Positions 25,433-35,829 of a DNA stretch of 42,077 bases are shown here, piece by piece (the stretch's first letter is position 1; each line of letters opens with the position of its first letter). Source of the stretch: a virus (Duplodnaviria > Caudoviricetes); IMG/VR virus record IMGVR_UViG_3300020458_000009, positions 1 through 42,077 of that record; one strand, written 5' to 3'. A program made the translations under genes and the position numbers. The notes under the pieces are model-generated. The model saw only the letters and a list, made by a program, of their open reading frames with translations, made no database searches and had not been told where the DNA came from.

Positions 25433-28036
25433 CTAAAAAGCTACACAATCAACTTCAATTGTTTGCCCATACCTCTCGGAGGTACACACCTCTTCAATAG
25501 GAACTGGGCCACATTCGCATTCAGCGGAGAAGCAGTTATCAGCAATTTGGAACCACCCCTCTTCAAGCTCATTACACTCAAAAGTACAGGAACTAACAGA
25601 ACACCCTGCTTCAGCCGTTAGATCTTGATCGTAGGTAGAATGTAATTGAGCAATATCACCTTGAATAAAAAGAAGACCCGTTAGATCTTGATTATAGGTT
25701 GTAAAAGCTTGAGCTATATCCCCAGATACCTCTATTAAAGTATCTACTGCTTGATCAAAAGTGCTATGAGTTTGAGCAACATCACTATTAGCTATGGACA
25801 AAGGAAGTATGGTTGCTCCCCCTACTTGATCAAAAGTGCTATGCTCTTGGGCAATAGTACCCTGGGCATGACGTTCAGCAGTAAGACCTTGTAAATGATT
25901 AGCATAAAGACTATCTACATTTACCCTTAATTCAAGTTCTACTGTACTACTTTGCTCAAAGATAGAGAAGTTTTGAGCACTATCTGCATTTAATGTAACT
26001 TGAATTCTAGAAGCATCACCTTCTTGCGAAAACGTTGAATGCGTTTGGGCTGCATCAGTACTTGCAATTAAATCGGCAGCCAGATCTTGATCGAATACAG
26101 CATGGTCTTGAATAATATCGGCATCTGAAGCAACATCTGAAGTGCTATCTTGACTGAAAGTTGAATGTGTTTGAGCTGTATCTCCAGCTCTTTCAGTAGC
26201 CGAAATAACGCTTTGATCAAAGGATGAATAGGTTTGAGCCCCCTCTAAATTAAGTATCTCACCCTCTGCAACTGCATCCTGAGAAAAAGAACTATGGATG
26301 GGCAACCCATCAAGGATAATAACTAAACCTTGGGCTACAAGATCTTGATCAAATGTAGTTTGCGACTGAGCAACACTTCCTTGAATATCAATTAGGTCTG
26401 CTACAATATCTTGGGAACGAGTACGTTGGTGGCTATTGATATCTGCTATACGATCATTAATACTAGAAGCCGCTTGTTCAAATATTGAAAAAGCTGAATC
26501 CCCTGTTATAATTGACTGGTTAACAATATTTCCAGTCTGATCAAAAGAAGAATATTCCTGTGCTACATCGCTAAGAAGACCAAGAGCGGTGGTAGATGAG
26601 ATATCTTGATCAAAAATAGCATGATCCTGTGCAGCATCGCTACTAGCTAAAGGAGCTATAATTGCTACACCTTCTTGATCAAAGGTGGTATGATTCTGAG
26701 CACCTGTATATTGTTTTGAAACGTCCACAACTAAGTCTTGATCGAACGTACTATGGGTTTGCATAGCTAAACCTGTAGCATCAATCGCCTCTGAGCCTGC
26801 AAATACTGTTTGATCAAGGGTTGAATGGGATTGTTCTATACCCGATTGTAACGTTAAATCCGCCACAAGATCCTGACTAAAGATTTCATGCTCTTGAATA
26901 GCGTCACTACTTGTATCAATTATTGCAAGTAGTGAATTTTCAAAACTCCCGGCTGTTCCAGATGCGTTTAAGCCTGCTCCCCATACCTGCCTTGCACCTA
27001 AAAGGTTTATAGTTAATGTGGGAGGTAAGGTACATTCTTGGCCAGTAGTAGGAATATCAGAAGTACTCAGCTCTAGAACTAGATCCTTAAAGATTTCAGT
27101 GCAGTCAGGGAGTGTAGACCCAGGAAGATCTATTTCGTAAATGCCATCAGTCCAGCACCCCTCTATACTAAACGCTCCTAATGAAACACGAGCCGTAACT
27201 CTCCAAGTCCCGCTATCTATTTGAATAGGGCCGCATACTGAAATATATAGACCTTGATCATGCATAGGACGAGGGCAGCTTTTCCACTCAAGAAATTCCC
27301 AGCAACAAGGTGCGCTAGAATGAGCAGAAAGGGTGTATAAGCCTTTAATTTGATCACAGCAATTGATATCCTCTAGACCAAGTTCTCTCTCTGGATCTTT
27401 GCAACCCTCAATAGGGTCATAAGTGGCCTCGCCCAAGTCTACTTCTATATTAGGAATTACCTGTGGAAGATTTATTGCATCCTGACAAAAGTAACAAACT
27501 CCCGCATTGCAGTGTATATCTAGAGTAAAGGGTCCATCACATGTACCACATTCTGAACCAGTCAAGGTAAAGACTAGACCTGTTAATATTGCTGGACAAT
27601 CTCTAGTTCCTGGGGTACAATTAATATCGTTAGGATCACAAGCACATTGACCAGATTCCCAAGGAATCGTTAAAGGGCTTTCAGTGGCCTGACAGTCAGC
27701 AGCAACTGTTACTGTTACTATCCATTCAGAGGAAGCAACATCGCATACAACATGAATCACCATCAATTGATCATTTGTAGGATCTGCTCCACAATTTCTG
27801 GCCCTAGTCTGTCCTATCCAGCCCCCGAGATGAGGATTGATAGTCCCACTTAGTTCTACTCTCTCACCGTCCCACATTCCCCCAGTAATATCCGCATACA
27901 GGTTACTCTGTGGACTTATACTGCAACAGGTTGGAGGAATTGGAGGGGGATCAGAACAAGGAGTACTTCGAGTTATACCTCCTTTTCCTGTTCTAGCTAC
28001 TCTATCTCCTCCTATTAGTCGTAATTTTGTTGACAT
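25433..28036 (-). CDS. Tail fibre/adhesin-like protein with Cys-rich ends and about 20 QxHSTFDQ repeats
   Basis: 867 aa; lies after the tail tip genes; internal 22-26-aa repeats. Confidence 0.7.
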   Translation of the reverse strand: MSTKLRLIGGDRVARTGKGGITRSTPCSDPPPIPPTCCSISPQSNLYADITGGMWDGERVELSGTINPHLGGWIGQTRARNCGADPTNDQLMVIHVVCDVASSEWIVTVTVAADCQATESPLTIPWESGQCACDPNDINCTPGTRDCPAILTGLVFTLTGSECGTCDGPFTLDIHCNAGVCYFCQDAINLPQVIPNIEVDLGEATYDPIEGCKDPERELGLEDINCCDQIKGLYTLSAHSSAPCCWEFLEWKSCPRPMHDQGLYISVCGPIQIDSGTWRVTARVSLGAFSIEGCWTDGIYEIDLPGSTLPDCTEIFKDLVLELSTSDIPTTGQECTLPPTLTINLLGARQVWGAGLNASGTAGSFENSLLAIIDTSSDAIQEHEIFSQDLVADLTLQSGIEQSHSTLDQTVFAGSEAIDATGLAMQTHSTFDQDLVVDVSKQYTGAQNHTTFDQEGVAIIAPLASSDAAQDHAIFDQDISSTTALGLLSDVAQEYSSFDQTGNIVNQSIITGDSAFSIFEQAASSINDRIADINSHQRTRSQDIVADLIDIQGSVAQSQTTFDQDLVAQGLVIILDGLPIHSSFSQDAVAEGEILNLEGAQTYSSFDQSVISATERAGDTAQTHSTFSQDSTSDVASDADIIQDHAVFDQDLAADLIASTDAAQTHSTFSQEGDASRIQVTLNADSAQNFSIFEQSSTVELELRVNVDSLYANHLQGLTAERHAQGTIAQEHSTFDQVGGATILPLSIANSDVAQTHSTFDQAVDTLIEVSGDIAQAFTTYNQDLTGLLFIQGDIAQLHSTYDQDLTAEAGCSVSSCTFECNELEEGWFQIADNCFSAECECGPVPIEEVCTSERYGQTIEVDCVAF

Positions 28037-28042
28037 TGGACG

Positions 28043-28456
28043 TTATTCAGGCAATGTAATAATCGTTCCACCAATTGAGATTTCAGTAGATCCTATTGCG
28101 ATATTAATTCCGGGATATGTAAAGTTAACAAGGTTAATTAAAATCCAAGTAGTTGTATACTGATTGTAAATATAGATAAGAGAAGTTTCTCGTAAAGTAA
28201 AAAGAACCTCCCCTGTAGCTGTATTACCTGTAATATGATGCTCAATTAAATTAGCACCTACATCTAAGGTAACAGCAGAACTAGGACTTCCTCCCACTCT
28301 TACGCCTATCATATCTCCATTACGTGCATTTGCTGCATGCCCTGTCCCCCCTGGAAATATAAGGGTAGGGGATATACCTGAGGCAACAGGATATATTTTA
28401 CTATGATAAAGAAAGGTTGAAGCCATTTCATGCAGATATAACGGGTTGAGGAGCAA
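28043..28456 (-). CDS. Putative tail tip/fibre protein
   Basis: 137 aa, beta-rich; resembles the neighbouring gene; the true start may be the ATG near 28426. Confidence 0.6.
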   Translation of the reverse strand: MLLNPLYLHEMASTFLYHSKIYPVASGISPTLIFPGGTGHAANARNGDMIGVRVGGSPSSAVTLDVGANLIEHHITGNTATGEVLFTLRETSLIYIYNQYTTTWILINLVNFTYPGINIAIGSTEISIGGTIITLPE

Positions 28457-28763
28457 GTCCAGAACGCGGAGATAAATCGGCTGTTACAATCCAAGCATCC
28501 CGTTCAACTGCATACGAAAAAGATAAAGATCGACCATTCATGCTCAAAGGAATCGTAAGAGCGCTAGTGTCCTCTTCTGTAAATTCAATCATACGACCAT
28601 TACCATCAAAGGTAATCATTGTTTCATCCCTTGTAATGGAACGAACAATGAAAGCATCGCCTTCTAAGGGAGCCGGGGGGAACTCAATAGTCCACGGTCC
28701 TCTTACGTCTGCCGGATCAATACTAACTAAAGTATCATCCGCTATAGTATGAGTGATTGCCAT
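28428..28763 (-). CDS. Putative tail tip/fibre protein
   Basis: TIEFPPAPLEGD...ITFDGNGRMIE pattern common in tail fibre domains. Confidence 0.65.
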   Translation of the reverse strand: MAITHTIADDTLVSIDPADVRGPWTIEFPPAPLEGDAFIVRSITRDETMITFDGNGRMIEFTEEDTSALTIPLSMNGRSLSFSYAVERDAWIVTADLSPRSGLAPQPVISA

Positions 28764-28773
28764 ATTGGACTTT

Positions 28774-29535
28774 CTAGGGGGATATAGTTTTTGCTATGCC
28801 ACAATCTTGTAGCTGGGCAGGAAACATAGTATGCTTAGCAGTGCCCTCAAATAACGATGTAAGGGGCCAATTAGACATTTCAAATATATAAACTACAGAA
28901 GCAGACTTAAGGACTACTCCTGTGGCGTTTATAACATTATATGCGTAGTCTCCAGTAAATAACAAGTCTTCTCCTAATAATGCCACGGTATTTTTTGAAG
29001 AAGGCAAAACATCGCTAGTCAGATATCCAAGACTAGTTGAGGATGTGGCTCCCGCTGTCCCATATACATACACATGCGTTGAGGCGGAATCGGGCTCAGA
29101 TACACATAATAACCCAGTACGTGTAGCCGAGACATCACCATTGCCCTTATTAGGGCCACATGTCCTTCCTACCTCAGGAGGATCAGTTATATCATAACGA
29201 ACTTTAGTTACAAACTGTCCGATCTTGGTAGCAGTAAAAGTTTCTCCGTTTGTAACAAGCTGTGCATCGTTTGTTACAAAGACAGAAGATTCATCATAGT
29301 CTACAATTGTTTGAACTAAGGGTTCAACAAAGGGAATCGATGAATCTAAACTTATTTGAGCTATAGAGTACGGTTTAAGATTACCGGTACCTGTCCACTT
29401 TCCTGTAAAAGAAGGCTCGTACCACCCCCTACCTAAATTAGGATCATCGAGGACTTGAATGGCGTTAACTACCTCATTCCACTCATTAGCAGTTAACCAT
29501 TCTCCAGGGTCTTTAAAGTTTAATGTGCCTGTCAT
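28774..29535 (-). CDS. Putative minor tail protein
   Basis: N-terminal PGEWLTANEWNEVV motif; position in the tail module. Confidence 0.65.
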   Translation of the reverse strand: MTGTLNFKDPGEWLTANEWNEVVNAIQVLDDPNLGRGWYEPSFTGKWTGTGNLKPYSIAQISLDSSIPFVEPLVQTIVDYDESSVFVTNDAQLVTNGETFTATKIGQFVTKVRYDITDPPEVGRTCGPNKGNGDVSATRTGLLCVSEPDSASTHVYVYGTAGATSSTSLGYLTSDVLPSSKNTVALLGEDLLFTGDYAYNVINATGVVLKSASVVYIFEMSNWPLTSLFEGTAKHTMFPAQLQDCGIAKTISP

Positions 29536-29560
29536 TTAAATTTAACTTTAAGTGAAAGGA

Positions 29561-30640
29561 TTAGGAGGTAGAAGGGGGTACATATACATCCCCATCTTTA
29601 TCCCGCAAGATTTCAGCAGGGAAGTGGGCTTTAAAGTTCAAAAGCTTCGGGTCGACCTTATCGCCGGGCATTACAGGTAAAAAAGGTGTGTGGGTTTTGT
29701 ATGGAAAGGGCTCATAGTCTTCATTCGCTCCTTTTAGTTTCAGACTTTCCCAGCCCCCTCTTTTATCTCTTCGCGTGGATTGACTCGGTGAGTTTTCCTT
29801 TTCAGGCCGCCAAAATTTATTATGCCCTTCCGGTCGAAATAGCCATTTAAGCTTAATACGTTGACCTCTTGACAAATTGAAGTCTGACACAAAGAAACCG
29901 TCATCATTCTCTATTATGGGTCTTCTAAATATAGGACCATCCATGATTATAGGGTTTAGCATCAATAGCGTATTTGCGGCGAAGCGGACAAATTTTGTAG
30001 TTATAGCGCCGCCTTCGGAGTCCGTACCTTTCTGAGTAACAAGAGTCGAGGTGTAAGGCTTGTCATGGACAGTACCTGTAAGCCCAGAACTACCATCCTC
30101 CGTAGGAACCTCGGTCCCATAGAAATTATATGGAATACCATCCTGAAGATGATAACCTCCTATAAGGTCGAACTCTTTTACAAGAATAAGCCTATGTATA
30201 GTTTGGGTAAGTCCCCCTAAACCTGTTGGCTGTTGTCCATCATCTGGATAAGCTGACTTTGACCAAGTAAATAATTTAGGTTCAAGCCTTATAGACTGGG
30301 TTTGAAACTCAACAGTCTCGCGTATGGGGCACCAGGGCTTATAAGTAACCTTAGCTATCGCTGTTTCATACTCAATACCTTGGTGAGAAGCTTTATAGAA
30401 TTGCCCTCTTAAGGGGCGAATATTTATATTCGTAGGAACAGGGATATGATGATCCATGTAAAACTTAGGAAAAGGCCAACCTCTCGACAAACAATTCATC
30501 ATGAGATCGTATATAAGCTTATATCGATCCTCCCAGGCTAACAGCAATTCTACGCTGCACGTTAATCCTTCTTCAGGAGACCATGTCTCTGTACGAGTAT
30601 GTGCTCTTTCTGTACAATCAACTATGGAAAATGCAGACAT
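29561..30640 (-). CDS. Putative distal tail/hub protein
   Basis: 359 aa, directly after the tape measure gene. Confidence 0.65.
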   Translation of the reverse strand: MSAFSIVDCTERAHTRTETWSPEEGLTCSVELLLAWEDRYKLIYDLMMNCLSRGWPFPKFYMDHHIPVPTNINIRPLRGQFYKASHQGIEYETAIAKVTYKPWCPIRETVEFQTQSIRLEPKLFTWSKSAYPDDGQQPTGLGGLTQTIHRLILVKEFDLIGGYHLQDGIPYNFYGTEVPTEDGSSGLTGTVHDKPYTSTLVTQKGTDSEGGAITTKFVRFAANTLLMLNPIIMDGPIFRRPIIENDDGFFVSDFNLSRGQRIKLKWLFRPEGHNKFWRPEKENSPSQSTRRDKRGGWESLKLKGANEDYEPFPYKTHTPFLPVMPGDKVDPKLLNFKAHFPAEILRDKDGDVYVPPSTS

Positions 30641-30745
30641 GGATACAGCCTTAATATCTTACTTTTTGAAATCGGTAGTACTTACTAAGGGAAGCTAGTT
30701 ATTAACCCTATTTTAATCCCCTAGAGCATCTAAGATTGCTCAAAC

Positions 30746-33100
30746 TCATAGCACTTTTTGTCCAACCAAGAGGTTAATCCCGGTTTTGCCAGCACTCCAC
30801 ATCATTTCCGATCTCTGTGCATCATCATCCACCCCTAGGTAGTGGTCAGTTTGTTTCTCAAGCTCCGCTTTAATAGCTTCTAACGCGGTTAATTGTTTTT
30901 CGATGGCTCTATTCCCTGGCTCATTAGGATCCAATACTTCTTTTACTACTCCAGAAGAGGCATTCATTAAAGAAGTCAAAGTAGGAGTAAAGTCATTTTT
31001 AAATAATTTATTATTTTCTATTGCAGATACTTTCGCCGCCTCGTCAATATTCATAACACCCTTCATTACCGCACCCACCAGATTACGTTGATGCATATCA
31101 AATCTGTTTTCTTTAGTTACTCCACGCATTGCCTGACCACTGCCCCATTTTCGTAAATTTGCACCAGATAATTGAAGAGTCTGTTCAAATTTGGTAAGAC
31201 CATCAATAAATTCATCTGTTGGCATCTGATCCATAATGCTACCCATATCGCTTATGAACATAAGGAGTTCATTTGTTCTATTCCCAAGACCTATATTGGC
31301 TGTAATCTCTGCCATTCCCCCCATGAGAGAGTAATCACCTGCCATTCTCTTCACGAGTTGATCCACACTTGTTAAAGCTTCAAGAGGTAGCGTAACTGCA
31401 AGCAATAATCCATCGGCTAAACTAGCAATCTTCTCTTGGGCTTTCATTAGCCCACTATCCATCTCTGTCAGTGAACTTGTAAGCCTATTTATTGAAGCCG
31501 CCGAACCTGAGAAAGCCTCAGCCGAAGTAACTCCTAAATTTATTTTAACGTTATCCATTGAGTTATCAAGGCTTTTAAATATTTTTGCAGTATTTCCAGT
31601 AATTGCGCCTGCTTTGTGGGCAGCTTTAATCCAAGTAAGGGTAGAACTCGTCCAAAGTTTTACTGCCTGTAAAGATGCCCCAGCCATAAGAGTAACTCCA
31701 GTCAATGCAATTCCAACACCTCCTAATGCAAAGGCTGAAAACCCTGCTTGCATAGCAATCCTTCCCAACGTTGGACTAATGGGGGATAATATGCCACCTA
31801 AAGCAAGAAACAGTTGAGCAGAATCACTAATTTGTGCATTTGTCTTATGTAAAGGATTAGCCTTTTGTAGCATTTTAGTAGAAAAATCGTCTATAATTTT
31901 TCCAACTTTTTGTATACCCTTTGGTTCTTTCTCCCTTGGGAGTCGCTGATGCGTCTCTCTAATGCCATATTCTCCTGGCCTTTTTTGTCTGGCTTCTTCC
32001 TCTGTAGGAACCCAACGTGGCTTTACTTCGCTATATACAGGTGTCTCGGCCACTAAAGAAGATGCTGGATCCGTTCCAGGTAGAATCTTCGTTTTATACC
32101 ACTGCTCTAACTCATACATCGGAGGAAATGTTTCGAGATTTGGTTGTATAGGGGGCTTTTTAATAATTTTTGATTCCATCATCTCAAGACGCCGTTTTTG
32201 TCTTGTTTTGCTCTTGCGGAAGTCTTTATACTCGTCTTCCTCCGTATACGCTTTCACATCTGTTGGCGTATACTTCTCAAAAAACGCTTCTTTAGTAAGA
32301 TCGCCTCTACCCCTTTCTCCTCCAATACCTATTTCTACTCCACTACCTATTTCTACTGCACTTACAAGACCTCTTGCTACGGCGTACTTTTTCCACGCAG
32401 CAGTCAATGCTTCGACACGCTTCTTTTCCTTTAATACTTCCTCCCCTATGGCCCCCCTCTTATCCCATTTCTTTTCATATTCGAACTCTTCAAATGCTAC
32501 CTGCTTAGGATCAAGATATGCCTTGCCTGCTTTCTGAAGATTCGTCAATCTTTTAACTTCTTTCGCAATCAGACCCTGGATCATTTGCTGGAGCTGTGGA
32601 CTGACGGCTCCCTGCTCCTCACCAAGACGTACGACACCTTCCCCTGCAAGAAGCACGCTACTCATCAATCTCTTTATCTCTGTTTCTTCGGAAGTCTCTT
32701 TCCCTCCTATACTTCCCTCCCCTATCTTAAGTATCGTTTCCGCGAAATGTTTATTTATCTCTTCTAGGCCCTTCATCGAAGCCTGGCTCGGATCCCCAAC
32801 CCCTTTCATCTTAGCTAAAAGAGGCTTTAGCCGCTTTTGTATTTCTGGAGTCGAGGATACCTGAAACTTCTGAAATGCCTCTGTTGCTTCCTTTAACTCA
32901 AGTATCGCGTTCGATTGTTGCCCACCCGGAAGAGGCATCTTCCAACCCCTGGCGATATTTTCCACCCCTTCTATTTTCGCGACCAAGCCCCTAAGACCTT
33001 CTCCCGAAGCCACCACCTGGGCGATCTTTTCTCTTACTTGACTCAGTCCACTAATGGCTTGACTTACGTCACTGCCTACGGTTATTTTTAAATCGGGCAT
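30746..33100 (-). CDS. Tape measure protein
   Basis: 784 aa, helical with hydrophobic Gly/Ala segments; follows the frameshifted chaperone. Confidence 0.85.
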   Translation of the reverse strand: MPDLKITVGSDVSQAISGLSQVREKIAQVVASGEGLRGLVAKIEGVENIARGWKMPLPGGQQSNAILELKEATEAFQKFQVSSTPEIQKRLKPLLAKMKGVGDPSQASMKGLEEINKHFAETILKIGEGSIGGKETSEETEIKRLMSSVLLAGEGVVRLGEEQGAVSPQLQQMIQGLIAKEVKRLTNLQKAGKAYLDPKQVAFEEFEYEKKWDKRGAIGEEVLKEKKRVEALTAAWKKYAVARGLVSAVEIGSGVEIGIGGERGRGDLTKEAFFEKYTPTDVKAYTEEDEYKDFRKSKTRQKRRLEMMESKIIKKPPIQPNLETFPPMYELEQWYKTKILPGTDPASSLVAETPVYSEVKPRWVPTEEEARQKRPGEYGIRETHQRLPREKEPKGIQKVGKIIDDFSTKMLQKANPLHKTNAQISDSAQLFLALGGILSPISPTLGRIAMQAGFSAFALGGVGIALTGVTLMAGASLQAVKLWTSSTLTWIKAAHKAGAITGNTAKIFKSLDNSMDNVKINLGVTSAEAFSGSAASINRLTSSLTEMDSGLMKAQEKIASLADGLLLAVTLPLEALTSVDQLVKRMAGDYSLMGGMAEITANIGLGNRTNELLMFISDMGSIMDQMPTDEFIDGLTKFEQTLQLSGANLRKWGSGQAMRGVTKENRFDMHQRNLVGAVMKGVMNIDEAAKVSAIENNKLFKNDFTPTLTSLMNASSGVVKEVLDPNEPGNRAIEKQLTALEAIKAELEKQTDHYLGVDDDAQRSEMMWSAGKTGINLLVGQKVL

Positions 33101-33251
33101 ATTCTTCTACTGTCTTAAACTTTCTATATCTACCTACCTGACTACCCAATAAAAGAGACTGTAGGGCAGGAGACATGTTTGAAATTTGTTCCGGGGTATA
33201 GTGATAGCGTTCCGCTAACGCTCTATATACCTCGGATTTTGTTACTTTTTT
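33069..33251 (-). CDS. gpT-like -1 frameshift extension of the tail assembly chaperone
   Basis: Slippery A AAA AAG (33245-33251) before TAA; the -1 frame is open for 58 codons: VTKSEVYRALAERYHYTPEQISNMSP... Confidence 0.85.
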   Translation of the reverse strand, partial: KKVTKSEVYRALAERYHYTPEQISNMSPALQSLLLGSQVGRYRKFKTVEEYARFKNNRRQ

Positions 33252-33724
33252 GCCGATCCTCCACCCTCATTAGATTCCTGTATAGATTCAGCTAATTCAT
33301 TAAAGTGACTAAAAGACTTAGCTACCTCTGTAAGGTTTCCTGCCTTCTTCATAGCATCCCCTAACCAACCTTCATCTAACCTAGGATGGTTTTTACGTAA
33401 CATTAAAAAAGCTATTTTTGCAAGACCGATTGGAGAGTTAATAAAAGAAAGACCAAGGTCATTAGCCCATCGAACATGGGCCACTGTAGACATTGCCTCC
33501 TTCATAAATTCAGAGCGTTCTGATGGCTCTAAAAGATCAACAGCCCCTTTAACCATTCTAAGATATTGTGCCTTAACCCACACATCTAACTCAACATAAT
33601 CTCGATCTGTAGGTGCTTTTGCTAAGTATTCATCACCTTCAAGATTAATAGGGAAATCTGCATTCGTAAGAATTTGAGACTCAACGTGTTGGTCACTCTG
33701 TTTTTGGACTTTTATATCAGACAT
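33242..33724 (-). CDS. Tail assembly chaperone (gpG-like)
   Basis: Lies between the major tail and tape measure genes; ends in SAKK at a slippery site. Confidence 0.85.
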   Translation of the reverse strand: MSDIKVQKQSDQHVESQILTNADFPINLEGDEYLAKAPTDRDYVELDVWVKAQYLRMVKGAVDLLEPSERSEFMKEAMSTVAHVRWANDLGLSFINSPIGLAKIAFLMLRKNHPRLDEGWLGDAMKKAGNLTEVAKSFSHFNELAESIQESNEGGGSAKK

Positions 33725-33760
33725 GACATTCCTTTAGGAGGGGGGTACGAGACTAGGGCC

Positions 33761-34636
33761 TTATGGGGCTGTTCCCCATTTTAAGGCGGGAATGGGATCA
33801 TAGACGCTACCAACAGCTCCATCTACGAAACCGTTCATCTTAAAATTCAACGTTCTATCTATAACTCGTCCTGTTTCAATATCCACAGTAAAATCGGAAA
33901 CAGCATCAAGTTTACACCATGTAAGCCCCCAAAATTTAGTGGCATCTACATAAACTCGGACTGCAACATCATCTCCTACATTCGCCGCAATAGAAATTCC
34001 TTGGTCTTCTAACGTTTCATTGTCTTCCATAATATCAAGGTCAAAATCCAAAGGCCCTTGTGTTCTGCTAACATAGCATTTTCCGGCAGAAATAGTACTA
34101 GAGTTTGAAAATGTAGGGTTTTCAGAACGAAGTCTTAAATTCACACTAGCAACATTAGGCCATACTACCCAGGCATCAGCCGTATTATAATATTCAACTT
34201 TTAACCCGCATACTGATTCTAAGTCGGGAATAGTGAGATCTTCAATCTCGCCTTGATCATCTAAAACAGTTAAAGGTCCAGCCGATTCAAATGAAATTGT
34301 AGAGCTGACTAATTCATTATTTCTCCAGTCCCACGTAATAGCGACCTCACTAACAATTGCAGTGCCTTCCCAAATTGTACCACGTGGAGAAACTCCTGTT
34401 GGATCTAATGGCCCACAAAATCCTTTGAATGTGAACGTTTCCCCTGGGAACAATGTAGGCCCACTAGTAATTTGATCAAAAGACCCTGACCAATCTTGAA
34501 TCCCTCTAACTCTTCCAGTACCTAATAGTGTATTACTAGCTCTATACGCTGGAAGATTAGATTGAATTCCAATATTCCAATTTTTCACAGTCCCCTGTCC
34601 GTCTACTGCACCACGCTTGCCTGAAATAGCTGCCAT
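33761..34636 (-). CDS. Major tail tube protein
   Basis: MAAISGKRG start, GIQDWSGSFD, two similar beta-rich halves, position. Confidence 0.8.
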   Translation of the reverse strand: MAAISGKRGAVDGQGTVKNWNIGIQSNLPAYRASNTLLGTGRVRGIQDWSGSFDQITSGPTLFPGETFTFKGFCGPLDPTGVSPRGTIWEGTAIVSEVAITWDWRNNELVSSTISFESAGPLTVLDDQGEIEDLTIPDLESVCGLKVEYYNTADAWVVWPNVASVNLRLRSENPTFSNSSTISAGKCYVSRTQGPLDFDLDIMEDNETLEDQGISIAANVGDDVAVRVYVDATKFWGLTWCKLDAVSDFTVDIETGRVIDRTLNFKMNGFVDGAVGSVYDPIPALKWGTAP

Positions 34637-34666
34637 TAGTATTTCCTCATTCTAATGAGTGGTTAC

Positions 34667-35188
34667 TTACAAAAGTAAATCCTCTGTAGTGAATTGCATT
34701 TGCACTTCCATAGTCAATATAGAAGTCCAACCAAGTATGCCTTTTTCTGTAGTAGATAAATCTCCAGGAGGAGAATCTTCAGAACTACTTAATACAGCTT
34801 GCAGAACAAATCTTTTTCCGTTCCATGTTGTCCCACAGAGATGATTTTCCCAGCTTGCCATTGCTCTAAATAGTTCCCATGAAATCTGATTTAAAACCCT
34901 ATTAAGTCTTTGATCTCCTGTTGCAAGTCCCCATACGTATTCCTTGGATAACCTTGTTGCAGATGTCGATATCTTTAAGTCATACGATGTGGACCTAGAT
35001 ACTAACAACAGCTCAGGCATATCTGCCGTACTGATAGACTTTTTTTGACCTATTCGTTTATCAAATTTTTCTTTATTGCCCTTATCTAACCATTTTTCTA
35101 GTATATGATTGGCTTCCGCCATTTCCCATAGTTTATTGTGGACTATAGTATATGGATTATCATACTCGTTAGGTAAAGCTATAGTCAT
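34667..35188 (-). CDS. Putative tail terminator/completion protein
   Basis: Size and position before the major tail gene. Confidence 0.65.
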   Translation of the reverse strand: MTIALPNEYDNPYTIVHNKLWEMAEANHILEKWLDKGNKEKFDKRIGQKKSISTADMPELLLVSRSTSYDLKISTSATRLSKEYVWGLATGDQRLNRVLNQISWELFRAMASWENHLCGTTWNGKRFVLQAVLSSSEDSPPGDLSTTEKGILGWTSILTMEVQMQFTTEDLLL

Positions 35189-35192
35189 TCTT

Positions 35193-35723
35193 TTACCTTG
35201 GTAAATACTTCTTAGTTGCAGCTTGAAAAGAACGTTTAATTTGTACCATTAACTGTGTATCAGCGAAGACTTCCCTATTAATCATCAACGCGGCTATAAC
35301 TGGTCTCTGCTTTAGATGTTTTGCGCCCTGCGCATGTAGCGTAACTAATTTACGCGCAGTATCATACTGTGTAGGTTTTTTACGATGTTTAGATCTATGC
35401 CTTCTATCAGTGAGATATCCAACAGTAAGAATAGGGCTCCTTTGGGCCGATATTTTTTTTTCTAGACCAGCATAAAGAGAATCCCACTCCCTTAATATAG
35501 CCTTTGGCTTAGGGGCCTTTATAGCCTTTTTAATATCAACAGTTTTCTTCTGTAAGTTAGGCCAGGTTCCGAATCCGCCCTCCCGAAATCTCTTCCGCAA
35601 ATAGGCAATCATCGTATGACCTACGTCAGTCAATATATCTTTTGAAATTGGACCACTGAGTGCGTTGGAAGCTACCTTAAACTCAATTTCAGCGTGCTTA
35701 ACATCTATTTTTATATCTAACAT
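35193..35723 (-). CDS. Virion morphogenesis / neck protein (Mu gpG-like)
   Basis: RFREGGFGTWPNL...ILREWDSLY...HAQGAKHLKQRP pattern. Confidence 0.75.
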   Translation of the reverse strand: MLDIKIDVKHAEIEFKVASNALSGPISKDILTDVGHTMIAYLRKRFREGGFGTWPNLQKKTVDIKKAIKAPKPKAILREWDSLYAGLEKKISAQRSPILTVGYLTDRRHRSKHRKKPTQYDTARKLVTLHAQGAKHLKQRPVIAALMINREVFADTQLMVQIKRSFQAATKKYLPR

Positions 35724-35737
35724 AAACGTAATAAAGA

Positions 35738-35792
35738 CTCCTCCCGCCGTCTAAGAAGAAAAAGTCCAAAACTCCAAAAACGACGGGAGAAG
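35738..35792 (-). terminator. Hairpin downstream of the capsid gene
   Basis: Minus strand CTTCTCCCGTCGTTT pairs with AGACGGCGGGAGGAG (15 bp with G-U pairs), followed by TCTTTATT. Confidence 0.65.
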
Positions 35793-35829
35793 TGAAGCAA
35801 TACCCACAACACCATAATAATACTAAAAC

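Noticed and set aside
25620-26890. Repeated TTGATCAAA DNA words as a DGR or invertible system
   Set aside because: They reflect the protein FDQ repeat; no reverse transcriptase, invertase or template/variable repeat pair is seen
31962-32537. 191-aa plus-strand ORF and other antisense or shadow ORFs
   Set aside because: They lie antisense to or within well-supported genes and show no motifs
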